Assembly: GCA_902488975.1 (NCBI GenBank) | Contig: CABTYG010000003.1 | Coordinates: 48,723 to 112,722, forward strand | Direction of reading: 5' to 3' | Source: an uncultured Clostridium sp. | Lineage (GTDB): Bacteria > Bacillota > Clostridia > Lachnospirales > Lachnospiraceae | DNA: 64,000 nt | In this document: in pieces, positions 1 through 11,000 of the stretch | Layout: each line of letters starts with the position of its first letter | Numbering within the stretch: position 1 is the stretch's first letter | Position numbers and translations under genes: made by a program | Notes under the pieces: model-generated | Databases searched by the model: none | What the model saw: the letters and a program-made list of their open reading frames with translations, nothing else | Told to the model about the DNA's origin: nothing

Positions 1-2615
1 AGAATATTTTCAATGATTTCGGATGGCTCGTCTGCGCTATAGTCTGCGGAATCCCCGCACAAACAAATCATGTTAAATGGAATATATTTTGTCAAATTGC
101 TCATAGCTTTCAATCCATAACGAACCGTATTTCTTGTGCTACTCGAAATATGTTGGTCTGTATTAACACCAATAATAGCAATGTTCCCAAGTGTCATTTT
201 AGCAAGTAGTTCCGCTTTAACCCTTTCAACTTCTGTTTGAACATATGCGGGATAATCTACTCCGGCTTCCATTTGATCGACTCTCGAAGTTAATGCGGTT
301 ATATTGTTGTTATTTGATACCACACTGCTTTCTAATATCCTAACTTTGCGTTCTATTGCGTACCTTGTCAATAATCCAAAATTAGTAGATGAATAGTGAT
401 GATAAAATACAATAACATAATCTTTGGTAGATGAAGCTACACTATTAGAAACAAAGTCAATGGTTTTATTAGTTTTAGAAAATACAAGTGAAAACACTGC
501 CCCGCTAATTATCCCATCCGCAACCGTGACTACAGATGATGCTTCAGCTTTGGCAAGTATCTCGGAAATCGTAAATGTGTAAGCATTCCCTTTGTATGAA
601 ATAATCAAATTACCACTAAGTTTTAAATCACAATTATTATTACTGTACGTGTATTCTATATTCGCACCGTTTGATAAATAAGCAAAAATTTTATTTTCGT
701 AGACCATTTCGATTCCAATCCCATTAGCTACATTAGTAGCAATTTGCGAGATTGAATTAGCAATGGGAGTAGGAATATCATTATATTTTAAGGTGTTTTG
801 TTTTATAGCATTTTTAACAGAGCAAACTCTAAAGTATTTATCATTTTCTCCAAACGTTACTGTTCCACTTGTGAGTGTACTCCATCCAGCACCATTTATT
901 TTCGATTCAACAAAATTTAATGAATCGTCATATGTTGAAACTAATGAATAATTTGCCGAGCCAGATAGTGCGTACGTAAGAGTGTCTCCAGTTTTACAAG
1001 GATAATAATCAGAGTGCAATGCACTAGATATGGCGACCGTGTTACCATCTGATGAAATATATTCATCCTCAAAGTCATATAGTATTTCAGTAGATATAAT
1101 CATGCTATTTGTAATGTATCCTACGTTATTAAGTGGAACGATTTTGCTTTTTATGGTATTGTTTGTTGCATATTCGAACAAATTACTGATTGCCATGCAT
1201 ATCGCATTGTTTTTTTCAGAAATTGTAAGTTCTGTATCATCTACTTTCGAAATAATAATTCCTAGGTAATGGGAATTTTCTGGTATCGCAAACCATGTGT
1301 CTGCAATAACCCATCCACCGCTACCACTTATAACAGTAGATTTATCAGCGGAAATAAAATGGATAAAAGCTCGAAAGCCATTCACAACGCTTAAAAAAAT
1401 ATTGTTATAACTTGTAATATCGATTAATTCTTTCTGTCTTATTCTATTTGTGTTTCCGCTATACACTATATATTTTCCATCAGAGATAGATGCGGTGCCT
1501 TGGACGAAATCAGTGAGCGCAACTATGTCAGTGATATTTGTCCGCTCTAGTTGTGTTAAATCGCTTTTTAATATATTATACCCTTCATCCCCAGTTCCAC
1601 CAAAACTCCAACCACTACCCGTCCAGCGATAATTGCCTGCTGGATTAGTCCCATCTCCATCTGAACAATAATAAAAATCACCTACTGTATTTCCGGCAGT
1701 CATGGCTTGTAATTGCGCCCATGTTTTAACTCCCTCTTTAGCTATAAGACCATTTAAGAGTTCGTTTTTCTTCACTGTTTGTGCCAGCTGCGAATCAAAT
1801 GCATTCATTCTGTCACCAATTAGACTGTAGCTAGTGTTGGTAACATTACTTTTTCTTGCATTAACCACCTCTGTATTTGAGCCAGCAGTTACCGATGCAT
1901 CATAAGCTGTTTTTGCTTGTAGTAAGTCATCAACCAATACTTCTAAATCAGTTATAACCTCACCGTCATCATCCATGATTTCATAGAATGTATTTGACAT
2001 CTTTTCTTCAATAGAAAGAGCATCATACTGAGCCTGAGTTAACTTGACCCAATTAGGTCTCTTGGCTTCGTTTACAATACGTTCTTCTTCGCTTTCAATA
2101 CGGGTGTTTTCATTATTAATTCTAGATTGCTCGTTATTATTAATATCAGCAACGGTTTTAATAGCATCAGTCGCATCAGTTATAAGTTCATCTAACGCAT
2201 TAAATTCAGGTGCACCAATGATAGCATCATTAGATAGCGCAGACCTGTTAACAGACATTTTGAATTTAGGGGTACTTTTAACTCCACCATTAGAATCATA
2301 TATTTTAAATTGAGCGTCAAACCATCCGCTTTGTGCGGTAGTATTAGCTGTTATTTCGTATATAATATTTCCTTCAAAATCTCTACCACAACTGTTGCAA
2401 ATTCCATCTCCATTAGGTTTGGTTGATATGAAATCTACTGTTTCAGATTCAGTGATTCTATATAATTCCCCATTGTTGTAAACAGTAGCCCGAATGTAAA
2501 CTGATTTAGAGTCATACTGTTCAACTTCAACAGTTTCTACTAGTTTATTACCAGATAAATGTAGTTCAATATCTCTAGGGTTTATGTTTGGTGGTATATA
2601 AATTAAATTAGCCAT
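1..2615 (-). CDS. BppU-family baseplate upper/tail appendage protein with C-terminal calcineurin-like metallophosphoesterase domain (truncated by window edge)
   Basis: Not in the ORF track because it runs off the edge. ATG at 2615 after an AAGGAAGTG RBS; N-terminus MANLIYIPPNINPRDIELHLSG...EQYDSKSVYIRATVYNNG is BppU-like; the same frame gives IGVNTDQH (to ~150) and CLCGDSADY (~60-40), the DxH and GDxxD motifs. Confidence 0.8.
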   Translation of the reverse strand, partial: MANLIYIPPNINPRDIELHLSGNKLVETVEVEQYDSKSVYIRATVYNNGELYRITESETVDFISTKPNGDGICNSCGRDFEGNIIYEITANTTAQSGWFDAQFKIYDSNGGVKSTPKFKMSVNRSALSNDAIIGAPEFNALDELITDATDAIKTVADINNNEQSRINNENTRIESEEERIVNEAKRPNWVKLTQAQYDALSIEEKMSNTFYEIMDDDGEVITDLEVLVDDLLQAKTAYDASVTAGSNTEVVNARKSNVTNTSYSLIGDRMNAFDSQLAQTVKKNELLNGLIAKEGVKTWAQLQAMTAGNTVGDFYYCSDGDGTNPAGNYRWTGSGWSFGGTGDEGYNILKSDLTQLERTNITDIVALTDFVQGTASISDGKYIVYSGNTNRIRQKELIDITSYNNIFLSVVNGFRAFIHFISADKSTVISGSGGWVIADTWFAIPENSHYLGIIISKVDDTELTISEKNNAICMAISNLFEYATNNTIKSKIVPLNNVGYITNSMIISTEILYDFEDEYISSDGNTVAISSALHSDYYPCKTGDTLTYALSGSANYSLVSTYDDSLNFVESKINGAGWSTLTSGTVTFGENDKYFRVCSVKNAIKQNTLKYNDIPTPIANSISQIATNVANGIGIEMVYENKIFAYLSNGANIEYTYSNNNCDLKLSGNLIISYKGNAYTFTISEILAKAEASSVVTVADGIISGAVFSLVFSKTNKTIDFVSNSVASSTKDYVIVFYHHYSSTNFGLLTRYAIERKVRILESSVVSNNNNITALTSRVDQMEAGVDYPAYVQTEVERVKAELLAKMTLGNIAIIGVNTDQHISSSTRNTVRYGLKAMSNLTKYIPFNMICLCGDSADYSADEPSEIIENI

Positions 2616-2652
2616 TTAAACACTTCCTTTCTATTGTTGTCTTTTTATTTAA

Positions 2653-3075
2653 TTACTCCGAATCATCTATTAACTGACCGAGAGAGTGAAGTATAGATGG
2701 TTCAATTTCTCTTTCAGTTGGTTCTCCTTTCTCGTTTTTGGTGTATATGAGATCATCTAATTTAATAGTCAATAAATCTAATTCATTTTCGCAATTCATT
2801 AGTTCTTGGTATTCTTCGCTGTATACTTTCTTAAATTCTTCTTTTAATTTCACGTTGTTGACATTGAGGTAAACGGCATTCCCTCCCTCATCTTTTTCAG
2901 CGTACATGTCAATAAGCTTTGACTCAGCCTCTTGTAGTGTTTTTAATACTCGCTCAATCGTTGAAATATTTTTACTTAGATTCCAACCTGTTTTAACAGG
3001 CAATTTATGTTTCATTAATTCTTTGATACACATATATGTATTTAATAACTCAAAATTTGTAAGTTTAATTTGCAT
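2653..3075 (-). CDS. phage tail-region protein (DUF1617-like)
   Basis: ORF track; KLPVKTGWNLSKN...LIDMYAEKDEGG pattern typical of small tail-module proteins. Confidence 0.55.
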   Translation of the reverse strand: MQIKLTNFELLNTYMCIKELMKHKLPVKTGWNLSKNISTIERVLKTLQEAESKLIDMYAEKDEGGNAVYLNVNNVKLKEEFKKVYSEEYQELMNCENELDLLTIKLDDLIYTKNEKGEPTEREIEPSILHSLGQLIDDSE

Positions 3076-3166
3076 AAAACATTCCTTTCATTGCAATTTA
3101 TGACATCAAAAAAGAGCCTTTTTATTGGCTCAGAGTAAAATGATACATAAATTTTCCAAAATTAGC

Positions 3167-3194
3167 TTGTCTATTGGTAACAGTGTGTTATAAT
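3167..3194 (+). promoter_or_regulatory. sigmaA-type promoter for inserted secreted-protein gene
   Basis: TTGTCT-16 nt-TATAAT with TGn extension, upstream of the GGAGG RBS of 3241. Confidence 0.55.
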
Positions 3195-3240
3195 TTGACT
3201 ATAATAGGGTAGTATAATAAGTAAACGGAGGTATATTACT

Positions 3241-4158
3241 ATGAAGAAAATTATATTAAAAAGCATATTGGTGATGGCATTGTTCTTTGGACTAATGTTA
3301 AATATAAATACAGTAAAAGCAGAAGATAAACCAACCTATACTACAATTAACGATATTGGAGATACCTTTGAATTCTATGGAACAATAACTCCAAGAGGGA
3401 AATTTTATCGTGGATATCGAATAAACCCATCAACCGACATAATTGTAGATGGATATGTAAAAATAAAATACGCCAATGGGTACGAAACAACAAGCGATAT
3501 GATAGCATTACATGGTGGAAGTATAGTAGATGATGATTCCGATATATATAATTTACAAATGTTTATAACTGCTGATTATCAATTTTATATTAATGATAGT
3601 GTAATTAGATATGAAAGTTACCCTGTTTCAATTGAACTGCCAATACCAATAAAAAGAGAACCGTTTTCCCCAAAACTAACGAGTAATTATAAAGACGGAA
3701 CCATGTTCAAATTTAAAACCCCATATACATGGATAGACGGGGAGAAAACTTTATCTATGAAAACAATTGATTTGAAATTTTATAATTCACTTGGAGAAGA
3801 AATAGAAGGTAAAGTCAATTTTAAAAAAGTGATGTCTAGTATAGGTGTTGCAAAATGTGACTATACATTTACTCCACTCAATGTCGGTGATTTAAAATAC
3901 GACATAAAGAAGGGTAATGTAAATGTAGAAATAGAATTGAATTTATACGTATCTAAAAGATATTCAAATAAAATTGTGTTAAATTATAATTGGGAATTAG
4001 AATACAAACTTGGTGAAAATGGCAAGTGGCAAAATTCAAGAGTTTTCACTAGACTCAAGCCAAATACCTCGTATACATTTTATGCCAGGGTTAAAGCAAG
4101 AGAAAAAACAAAAGCGAGTGAGCCAGTTAAAATAACTGTTAAGACATTAAAAGAGTAG
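3241..4158 (+). CDS. secreted protein with C-terminal fibronectin type III-like domain (moron)
   Basis: Signal peptide MKKIILK...VKA; C-terminal EYKLGENGKWQNSRVFTRLKPNTSYTFYARVK is FN3-like; oriented opposite to flanking tail genes. Confidence 0.7.
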   Translation: MKKIILKSILVMALFFGLMLNINTVKAEDKPTYTTINDIGDTFEFYGTITPRGKFYRGYRINPSTDIIVDGYVKIKYANGYETTSDMIALHGGSIVDDDSDIYNLQMFITADYQFYINDSVIRYESYPVSIELPIPIKREPFSPKLTSNYKDGTMFKFKTPYTWIDGEKTLSMKTIDLKFYNSLGEEIEGKVNFKKVMSSIGVAKCDYTFTPLNVGDLKYDIKKGNVNVEIELNLYVSKRYSNKIVLNYNWELEYKLGENGKWQNSRVFTRLKPNTSYTFYARVKAREKTKASEPVKITVKTLKE

Positions 4159-4174
4159 GAATTTTCCTACTCTT
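4151..4174. terminator. bidirectional hairpin between convergent genes
   Basis: AAGAGTAGGA-ATTT-TCCTACTCTT perfect stem between the two stop codons. Confidence 0.6.
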
Positions 4175-4177
4175 AAT

Positions 4178-7168
4178 TTATGTGGCCGATATTAAATTTT
4201 CCAGTACATTAACCCTATCCCACAACATCTGAATCATCTTAATATGGAATGCGTGTAAATCCTCATATCTAAAGTTATAATGAACACCTTCTTTACAGTA
4301 CTGACCTTGGTCATAGTAATTTTCTTGTATATAAACCATTCCACTGTCAATACTATGTTTTTCTAAATTTGCCAATACTTGTTGTGCAATCAAACCATGA
4401 TTTGTAGAATCTTTATATAAGCCAGCTTTAAACTTATACGACTTTGGTTTTAAATCCATATAAAAATTTGAAATATCCCCAAGTGACTGGATATTACATT
4501 TTAACCTAAGATCAGATGATTTTTGATATGTACTTTCTGCATAATCCCATCCGACTCCATTGCCATTGGTAAAAGCAATACGTCCTCCACCACCTCCAGA
4601 AATTCCAATTGTGCTGGTATACAACGATCCGGTAATAGAAGAGAATGGGTGACTGTGTCCGCTTAAAGAAACATCAGTACCATTAACGTTAATCGAATAA
4701 GCGCTCAGTGTTGAATTGACTGTTAAAGATCCTGTAGTTATAGTGTTTGAATATAATGCATTACCACTTATCAAGTTTTGGAACATTACAGATGGGGCGC
4801 TTAAATTTATAACTTGATTTGATGATAGCGTTGGATTGCCTACACTATCGGTCGTAAGGCTATTGCCTGCACCCCAATTTATAGTTGAACCATTAATAGT
4901 AGATCCATTTATAGTTGAACCGGTTATAATATTACCACTTAAAGTCCCTGTAAAAGTGCCGTCTACACCACTAAGTGTTCCTGTAAATGTACCTCCAGCC
5001 GCTTCCAATGTCCCACTAAATCGCCCATTCCCATAGCTATCAAAATACAACACCTTAGTGCTTCCCTTTAATATCTGGAATAGATTGGTGTTTGTAGGGT
5101 CTATTTTAACCGTGTTAACACCATTTGTAATAGTTAACCCATTACTAGCAAACGTCATAGTAGCATCGCCATTTTGTAAAAACAAACTATTTCCTATTAT
5201 TAAACGTCCTATCAGAGCATCCGCAACTATTCCATAATATTTAACTCCATTAACTTCAACTTCCCCCAACGCCATCTTTACAGTTTCAAAGCCGTCATTT
5301 GAAAACGCAATCATACCATTTGCCATCCAAATTTGTTTAGGGTCAAATCCACCTGTATCTTTATTGAATTGCTTTATTTGTAATCCAAACTCACCAAAAA
5401 CAACGGATTGATTTTCACTATTTACAATCTTGTTTTTAGCAGCATTTAAAGCACTAGAGATAAACATGTTTACTTCATTATTGTTATTCTTAATTGTAGC
5501 CCAAGATGAGCTTCCTATCGCTTGTGAAATAGAGGTAGATACAACTTGTTGTTGTAATTCATCTAAAACAAATTCTCCATCAAGTGAATTTTTACTACTA
5601 AACGTTAGACTAAAATCATCAAAGTCATCAAAATTAATATGAATATGTAACACTCTTGATTCTACATTATATCGACCTAGTCCTTTTTCATCCCAATCAA
5701 CAGTTAATATGCTTCCAAGTTGAATCCTTCCAGTAAAAGATTTAAACTCTGGGATATTCATGTAATTAGCAACATCAACTTCAAGAGTATATTGTGGCTT
5801 ACATATTCTATTTAACTTCTTTTCAGCTATATTCTTCAGACTCAGTTGCATTTCTAAGATTTCTTTATCTGTCATTTCCGTGGTCGCTATAAAACTTGAA
5901 TCCGTAAATGTAGTATCATGAGCTAATCTTGACAGTTCTTTGCGCTGATCCAATGTGAGATAATTTTCCAACTTAACCACATACGAATCACGTAATACTA
6001 TTTGTGCATTTATCTGGGCTTGTTTTGAAACAACTTGCTGCTTTCTAATATTTACTTGAGAAGTAATAGCGTTGTAGTTAGCTCTGTTTTGAGAGTAAAT
6101 TGTGCTATTCCCAAATGATTCAGACATAATCGTACTATATTTATCTTGGAACTCTAATAAATGTGCAAGTCCATATTGTGTCCAATCTTCTGAATTATTG
6201 ACAGGAGATTTGTATTCTAAATCATTTAATTCATTATATAAATTACCTAAAGCGGTCAATGCATCACTAAGCTTCGTAGAATTCGTAACATATGCAGCTT
6301 TATAATTATTGTAGGAAACTTGTAATCCCTGAGACATTTTATCTATGTAATAATCATAGTTTGCAATGACACTATTTCCAGTAGCATTACAAGGCGTAAT
6401 GTTTAAATTTCCATTTCCTCGGTCGTCGCCACCGTATACCGCCATCCTTGTACGTATGTCATTGGCGTTGCTTTTAAAATTTATATTCTTAATTAAATTT
6501 CGATAGGAGAGTATAATCCCAGTGTGATTGTTTAATGTTTCTAAACTATAAGCACTTACCGTTTTAGCGAATGTGTCAAATATAAAAAAGCAATCATATG
6601 TTTCTGATACTGAACCAGTTAGGAAGCTATAAGCGTCTGTATCGTCATCGTTAAAACTTCTCCATCCGTTATCGATATTTGAATCAATTATACCTATTGA
6701 CCAACTAGGTAAGTCAGCTAATACAATGTGCATTATTGATTTAGATATGTTGGTTATGTCATATAATTTATATAAATCTAAACCACCGTCCCAATCTTCA
6801 GTGTTGCCTAATTGACCGAATGAAGTTAGTCTTTTTGTAGTAAATTCATTTTCAAGTGAAGAACACTCAACTTCTATGTATGGATTTCCACCATCATTTT
6901 GTTCATTTATTGACGTTATTTGAAACCAACTAATGCCCACGGCCAATATAGTCATTAGGTTTTCTATCTTACCGTAGTATGGGTTTTCTTTTTCATCTAT
7001 ATATTTGTAATATCTAAATGACATTTTTGATATAGAATTCAAATATAAATCAAATACTAGCTCTGTATTTTGTTTTAGACAACCAATTACATCTTGATTT
7101 GGATTGGCTATGAATAAATCTGGTCGATTCACTTTGTTAAGTAAGCTATAATTAAAATTAAAACTCAT
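4178..7168 (-). CDS. tail protein (Tal/prophage tail type) with C-terminal peptidase S74 intramolecular chaperone
   Basis: 996 aa directly after Dit; GTFTGTLSG beta-repeats; SDLRLKCNI...HGLIAQQV...FRYEDL is the S74 signature. Confidence 0.8.
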   Translation of the reverse strand: MSFNFNYSLLNKVNRPDLFIANPNQDVIGCLKQNTELVFDLYLNSISKMSFRYYKYIDEKENPYYGKIENLMTILAVGISWFQITSINEQNDGGNPYIEVECSSLENEFTTKRLTSFGQLGNTEDWDGGLDLYKLYDITNISKSIMHIVLADLPSWSIGIIDSNIDNGWRSFNDDDTDAYSFLTGSVSETYDCFFIFDTFAKTVSAYSLETLNNHTGIILSYRNLIKNINFKSNANDIRTRMAVYGGDDRGNGNLNITPCNATGNSVIANYDYYIDKMSQGLQVSYNNYKAAYVTNSTKLSDALTALGNLYNELNDLEYKSPVNNSEDWTQYGLAHLLEFQDKYSTIMSESFGNSTIYSQNRANYNAITSQVNIRKQQVVSKQAQINAQIVLRDSYVVKLENYLTLDQRKELSRLAHDTTFTDSSFIATTEMTDKEILEMQLSLKNIAEKKLNRICKPQYTLEVDVANYMNIPEFKSFTGRIQLGSILTVDWDEKGLGRYNVESRVLHIHINFDDFDDFSLTFSSKNSLDGEFVLDELQQQVVSTSISQAIGSSSWATIKNNNNEVNMFISSALNAAKNKIVNSENQSVVFGEFGLQIKQFNKDTGGFDPKQIWMANGMIAFSNDGFETVKMALGEVEVNGVKYYGIVADALIGRLIIGNSLFLQNGDATMTFASNGLTITNGVNTVKIDPTNTNLFQILKGSTKVLYFDSYGNGRFSGTLEAAGGTFTGTLSGVDGTFTGTLSGNIITGSTINGSTINGSTINWGAGNSLTTDSVGNPTLSSNQVINLSAPSVMFQNLISGNALYSNTITTGSLTVNSTLSAYSINVNGTDVSLSGHSHPFSSITGSLYTSTIGISGGGGGRIAFTNGNGVGWDYAESTYQKSSDLRLKCNIQSLGDISNFYMDLKPKSYKFKAGLYKDSTNHGLIAQQVLANLEKHSIDSGMVYIQENYYDQGQYCKEGVHYNFRYEDLHAFHIKMIQMLWDRVNVLENLISAT

Positions 7169-7965
7169 CCAACCCCCACCTTTCTAATCTGTCTATAAAA
7201 CATAGTTACTTTGGCTCTACCGGTAAGCATCAATGAATTACTTCTCGTGTCGTATGTATTACCAAATGAAAACCAATTATAATTAAAATCTTTAACTATA
7301 TTTCCTCTCATGCTACTTGTTATATCACCAGTAATTGAGTTAACGGTTATAATTTCACCACCTACACAATTTTTTAACTCAAAGTTGCATTTTGTTAAGT
7401 CGTTTTTTATATTTATTGTAGACGGTTGATAAATTTCAATTTTTAAATTAGGATAAGTTTCACCAACCTCGTCAGACATATCGATAAACTTTTTCTGTAT
7501 CATTGAACTTCCGCCTACATCTATAATATATCTTTCTTCTTTTCCGTATCCATATGGAGAGTCTGAGATAAAGGTAAGCTCCAATCCATAGTCAATATTA
7601 CCAACACTTACAGCCTTTATATCCGTACAAATTACATTGAAATATATTTGTTCAAATTCTTTCATTATAAACTGCAAAAATTTATATCCGTCTTTTCTTA
7701 TAAAGTATCTGTTTATTGTAGCCTGTTCAGATGGGCTAACTTGACTGAAATCCCTTTTGCAAATTGAGAAAGTAAATGTAACAGCCTCTTTATATTCGGA
7801 GCTTGTAACTTTCCAATTGTTTTTTATTTTTATAGTTTTTAAATCTATGGTACTACCAACACTAGTACGATTTAGTGATCCATTTCCATCAAATTCACAT
7901 AACATAAATCCAAAATCAGAAAGTGATTTATTATTAAATATTACATCTTCAGCATGTAAAGCCAT
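7165..7965 (-). CDS. distal tail protein (Dit)
   Basis: Directly after the tape measure; FNNKSLSDFG start and ELTFISDSPYGY motif. Confidence 0.75.
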   Translation of the reverse strand: MALHAEDVIFNNKSLSDFGFMLCEFDGNGSLNRTSVGSTIDLKTIKIKNNWKVTSSEYKEAVTFTFSICKRDFSQVSPSEQATINRYFIRKDGYKFLQFIMKEFEQIYFNVICTDIKAVSVGNIDYGLELTFISDSPYGYGKEERYIIDVGGSSMIQKKFIDMSDEVGETYPNLKIEIYQPSTINIKNDLTKCNFELKNCVGGEIITVNSITGDITSSMRGNIVKDFNYNWFSFGNTYDTRSNSLMLTGRAKVTMFYRQIRKVGVG

Positions 7966-7990
7966 TCCATTATCACCACCTTTGCATAAT

Positions 7991-8018
7991 AAAAGAGAGC
8001 CGAATTAACGACTCTCTT
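7991..8018 (-). terminator. intrinsic terminator-like hairpin after tape measure
   Basis: AAGAGAG...CTCTCTT stem with a U-tract on the minus strand. Confidence 0.5.
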
Positions 8019-8026
8019 AAACACTT

Positions 8027-11000
8027 TTATCTTTTATTTTTTGACAAATAGTTATTTAAAACTGTAGGTACTTTTCGTTCAAGCATAGATTCCACTTTTG
8101 TTAAAGTAGATTCATCGTAACTATTCCCTTCGATAGTTAATAACTTCTCAATAATCACAGAAGGAGCATTGCTATTATTAATTGTACTCGTGTTTATACC
8201 TTTGATTTCACGCTCACTCAGGCTGCTTAGTTTAGGTAAATTCTTAGACAGTATTTCTAAATAAGGTACTTGTTTTTCAGTTAATATGTATTCATTTGCT
8301 CTTGCAAGTAAAGTACCATCTTCGCCAGTAGCCTTTATTAAACCACCTTTACTGAAACCAGATGCTTTTAATTTATTAAGTATCTTTCCACGAACTGCAC
8401 CACTATTAATGATATCGCTCTTTGTTATATCAGTTAAGCCTAAAGCATTTGCTAAAAGAGCCATTTCATCCCAAGATAGCTTATTATAACCTTTACTGAT
8501 TACGTATTGGTTTAGTCCAGTCTCCGCAGTCTGTTTTTCGCCCGTAGTATTCTTTTTGAGCACACTATATACGCTAGCATTAACTTTAGGATTACCTGAT
8601 TGGCTAGTATCAGTCACCGAATTCATGGCATTTTCAAGTGGACTAGTTAGTGCATCAGATATTTGAATACCGTATGATGCAGCTAATTCAACTAAGTTTT
8701 TATATACACTTTCGTATTTCCCAGACACAAGATCTAATGAGTTTGAGATTACGTACTCTTGTTGAGACAGACTGTTTTTTAACTCACTAATCTTTTTGTC
8801 CTGAGCTTTTTCGAATGCCGCAGCTTGTTCATTTAAAGAATCAACTGTAGTTTGGTGAGCGTTATCTGCAACCTCATCGTCTATTTCTTCTTTAAGTTTT
8901 GCATATTCTTCTTCAAGTTTTAGACGTTGTGCATTGTTCTCACGATTAGTTTCATCCATAGACAGTGCATTAATTTGTTTTTGAAGAATAGCTAATTTCT
9001 TTTGCTTTTCTAATAATGACTTGTTACTATCTTCGAGTTTCTTTTTCTTCTCTAAGACCTCAATTATTTTACTCACTTGATCTTTATAAGCAGTAGTTTC
9101 GGCATTAATACCATCCTCAACCAAACCAATAATTGCTTTTTTATATGAGTTTAAGTCACTAACAACACTTCGATATTCTGATTTTAATTCCTTTAGTTTT
9201 TCATAGTATTCATCAGAAGTCCAAAGTCCTTCTAAATATTGTTCATTTAGAACTTCAATCTGTTCTGCATAAAGTTTTGCTGATTTTTCTGCGGTACTCA
9301 ACTGAGAGTTTAGAAGTGTTAGTTTAGCAGCGCCATTCGCAGTAAGTTTTCCAAATTCGTCATATACAGTCACATCTCCAAGTAAAGTCATCAAAGTATC
9401 AAGTTCATCATTGGTTTCTTTTAAGCCACTCAAAGAATTTTCGATACCGGATAGTCCAATATTACGATAAAGTTCATTCAGTTCTTTTTTATTATCCTTT
9501 ATTTCATATTCGACTTTTACCTTGTTGTCAACAGCGGAAGAGTAGTTGTTCCAATTCGAAACTGCATCTTGTATTGCATCGTATAACTTTTCATTTATAC
9601 CTGTTTTGTCTGGATCGATTTTTAAATCTTTAAATATTTCAATAGAGTTTGCACCCCATTTAATTTTATTAAAGATTTCTTCGGCATTAAATCCAAGTTT
9701 TTTGATTGTATCCAAATTAGATTCATACTGATTTCTGTATTCTTTTGCACCATTTTTATAAATACTAGTTAGCTTTTCCTGTTTTGCAATTAACTTTTCC
9801 AAAGCTTCAACTTGATTGTCGGAATCCGCATTTGAATACGCATCATTTAATTTGGAAACAGAACGTTCAACTGCATCAAATCTGGTTTTTATCCAATCTA
9901 TGTCTTGAATAAAATCTTTTGTAGAGTCTTTCTTTTTATTGTTATCATCATTGTTAGGTATTTTGAAATCAATAGAATCAAATGAAGCGGATATGTCTTT
10001 GTTAAACTCGTCTATAAACTTTTGATAGTCGGAAAGCTCTTTTTCAGCAGTACTAACATTTTCTTCCCATTTACCTTTGTTTTTAAAATCTTGTAAAAAG
10101 TCAACACCACCAACAAGATTTGTATCAGGCTGATTTGCTTTATCTCTAATGAGTTTTGCTTTCTCTAAGTTAAGTTTCTTTTGCTCATACTCTGCATCAA
10201 TTGCTTGTTTTGCATTAGTTAATGATGTGTAATTTTCTAAATCTTTATCATAAGACTTCGCCCTATTCTTTACGTCGTCCGATAATCTTTTTACTACCGA
10301 TTTATAAAAACCTTCATCGTCTTTTTGCTTTTCAATAACCGCAAGTTTATAATTTGAAACATCTTTATCATAGGCACTTTTTAAACTATTATAAACATCT
10401 TTCGATGACGCAATGCCAGTAAGATAGTCTGCAATAACCCCTTCTAACTCTGGATATTTTTTTATAATCTCATCAAGTGTTTTTGCGGATAAAGCCCCGT
10501 TATCTTTTATTTCTTTGTTTACCGAAGATAGTAAATCCCCACTATCTGATATTGAAGCAAGAGCGTCACTCAATGATAATATTTCATCTTTAGTAGTTGA
10601 TACGGCGTTCCCAGCGTCAGAAGTTTCTTTTGCTAAACCATTGATTTGATTTGCCATATCCTCTGCTGTAAGAGTAGTAGTGGCCATTGCCGCTGAAAGC
10701 TCTTTTGAGTTATTGATTTGTTCAGGTGTAATAGGCTCTGTTTTTGCCAGTTCTTTAAATTTATCAATTACTTTGCTTGTGTCATTGCTGGATATTAAAT
10801 CTTCAAATTGATACTCTTTCCACTTATTTGGATCGATGTTGGTATATATCAACTCTATTGCACTGTTAATATCATTCAATGCACTCACTTGATCTTCACT
10901 TCTTAATGATTCTGGTATTTTAGCTAGGTTAGTTTTATAGGCCAATAGATCTTGAACATTTGTTTTTAACAAAAGAGAAGTTGAGTCTAATTCCTCGTTT

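Noticed and set aside
763..2313. Short plus-strand ORFs in the track, and similar antisense ORFs throughout the late operon
   Set aside because: They are shadows of long minus-strand genes, such as the BppU ORF at 1-2615, and lack RBS or recognisable motifs
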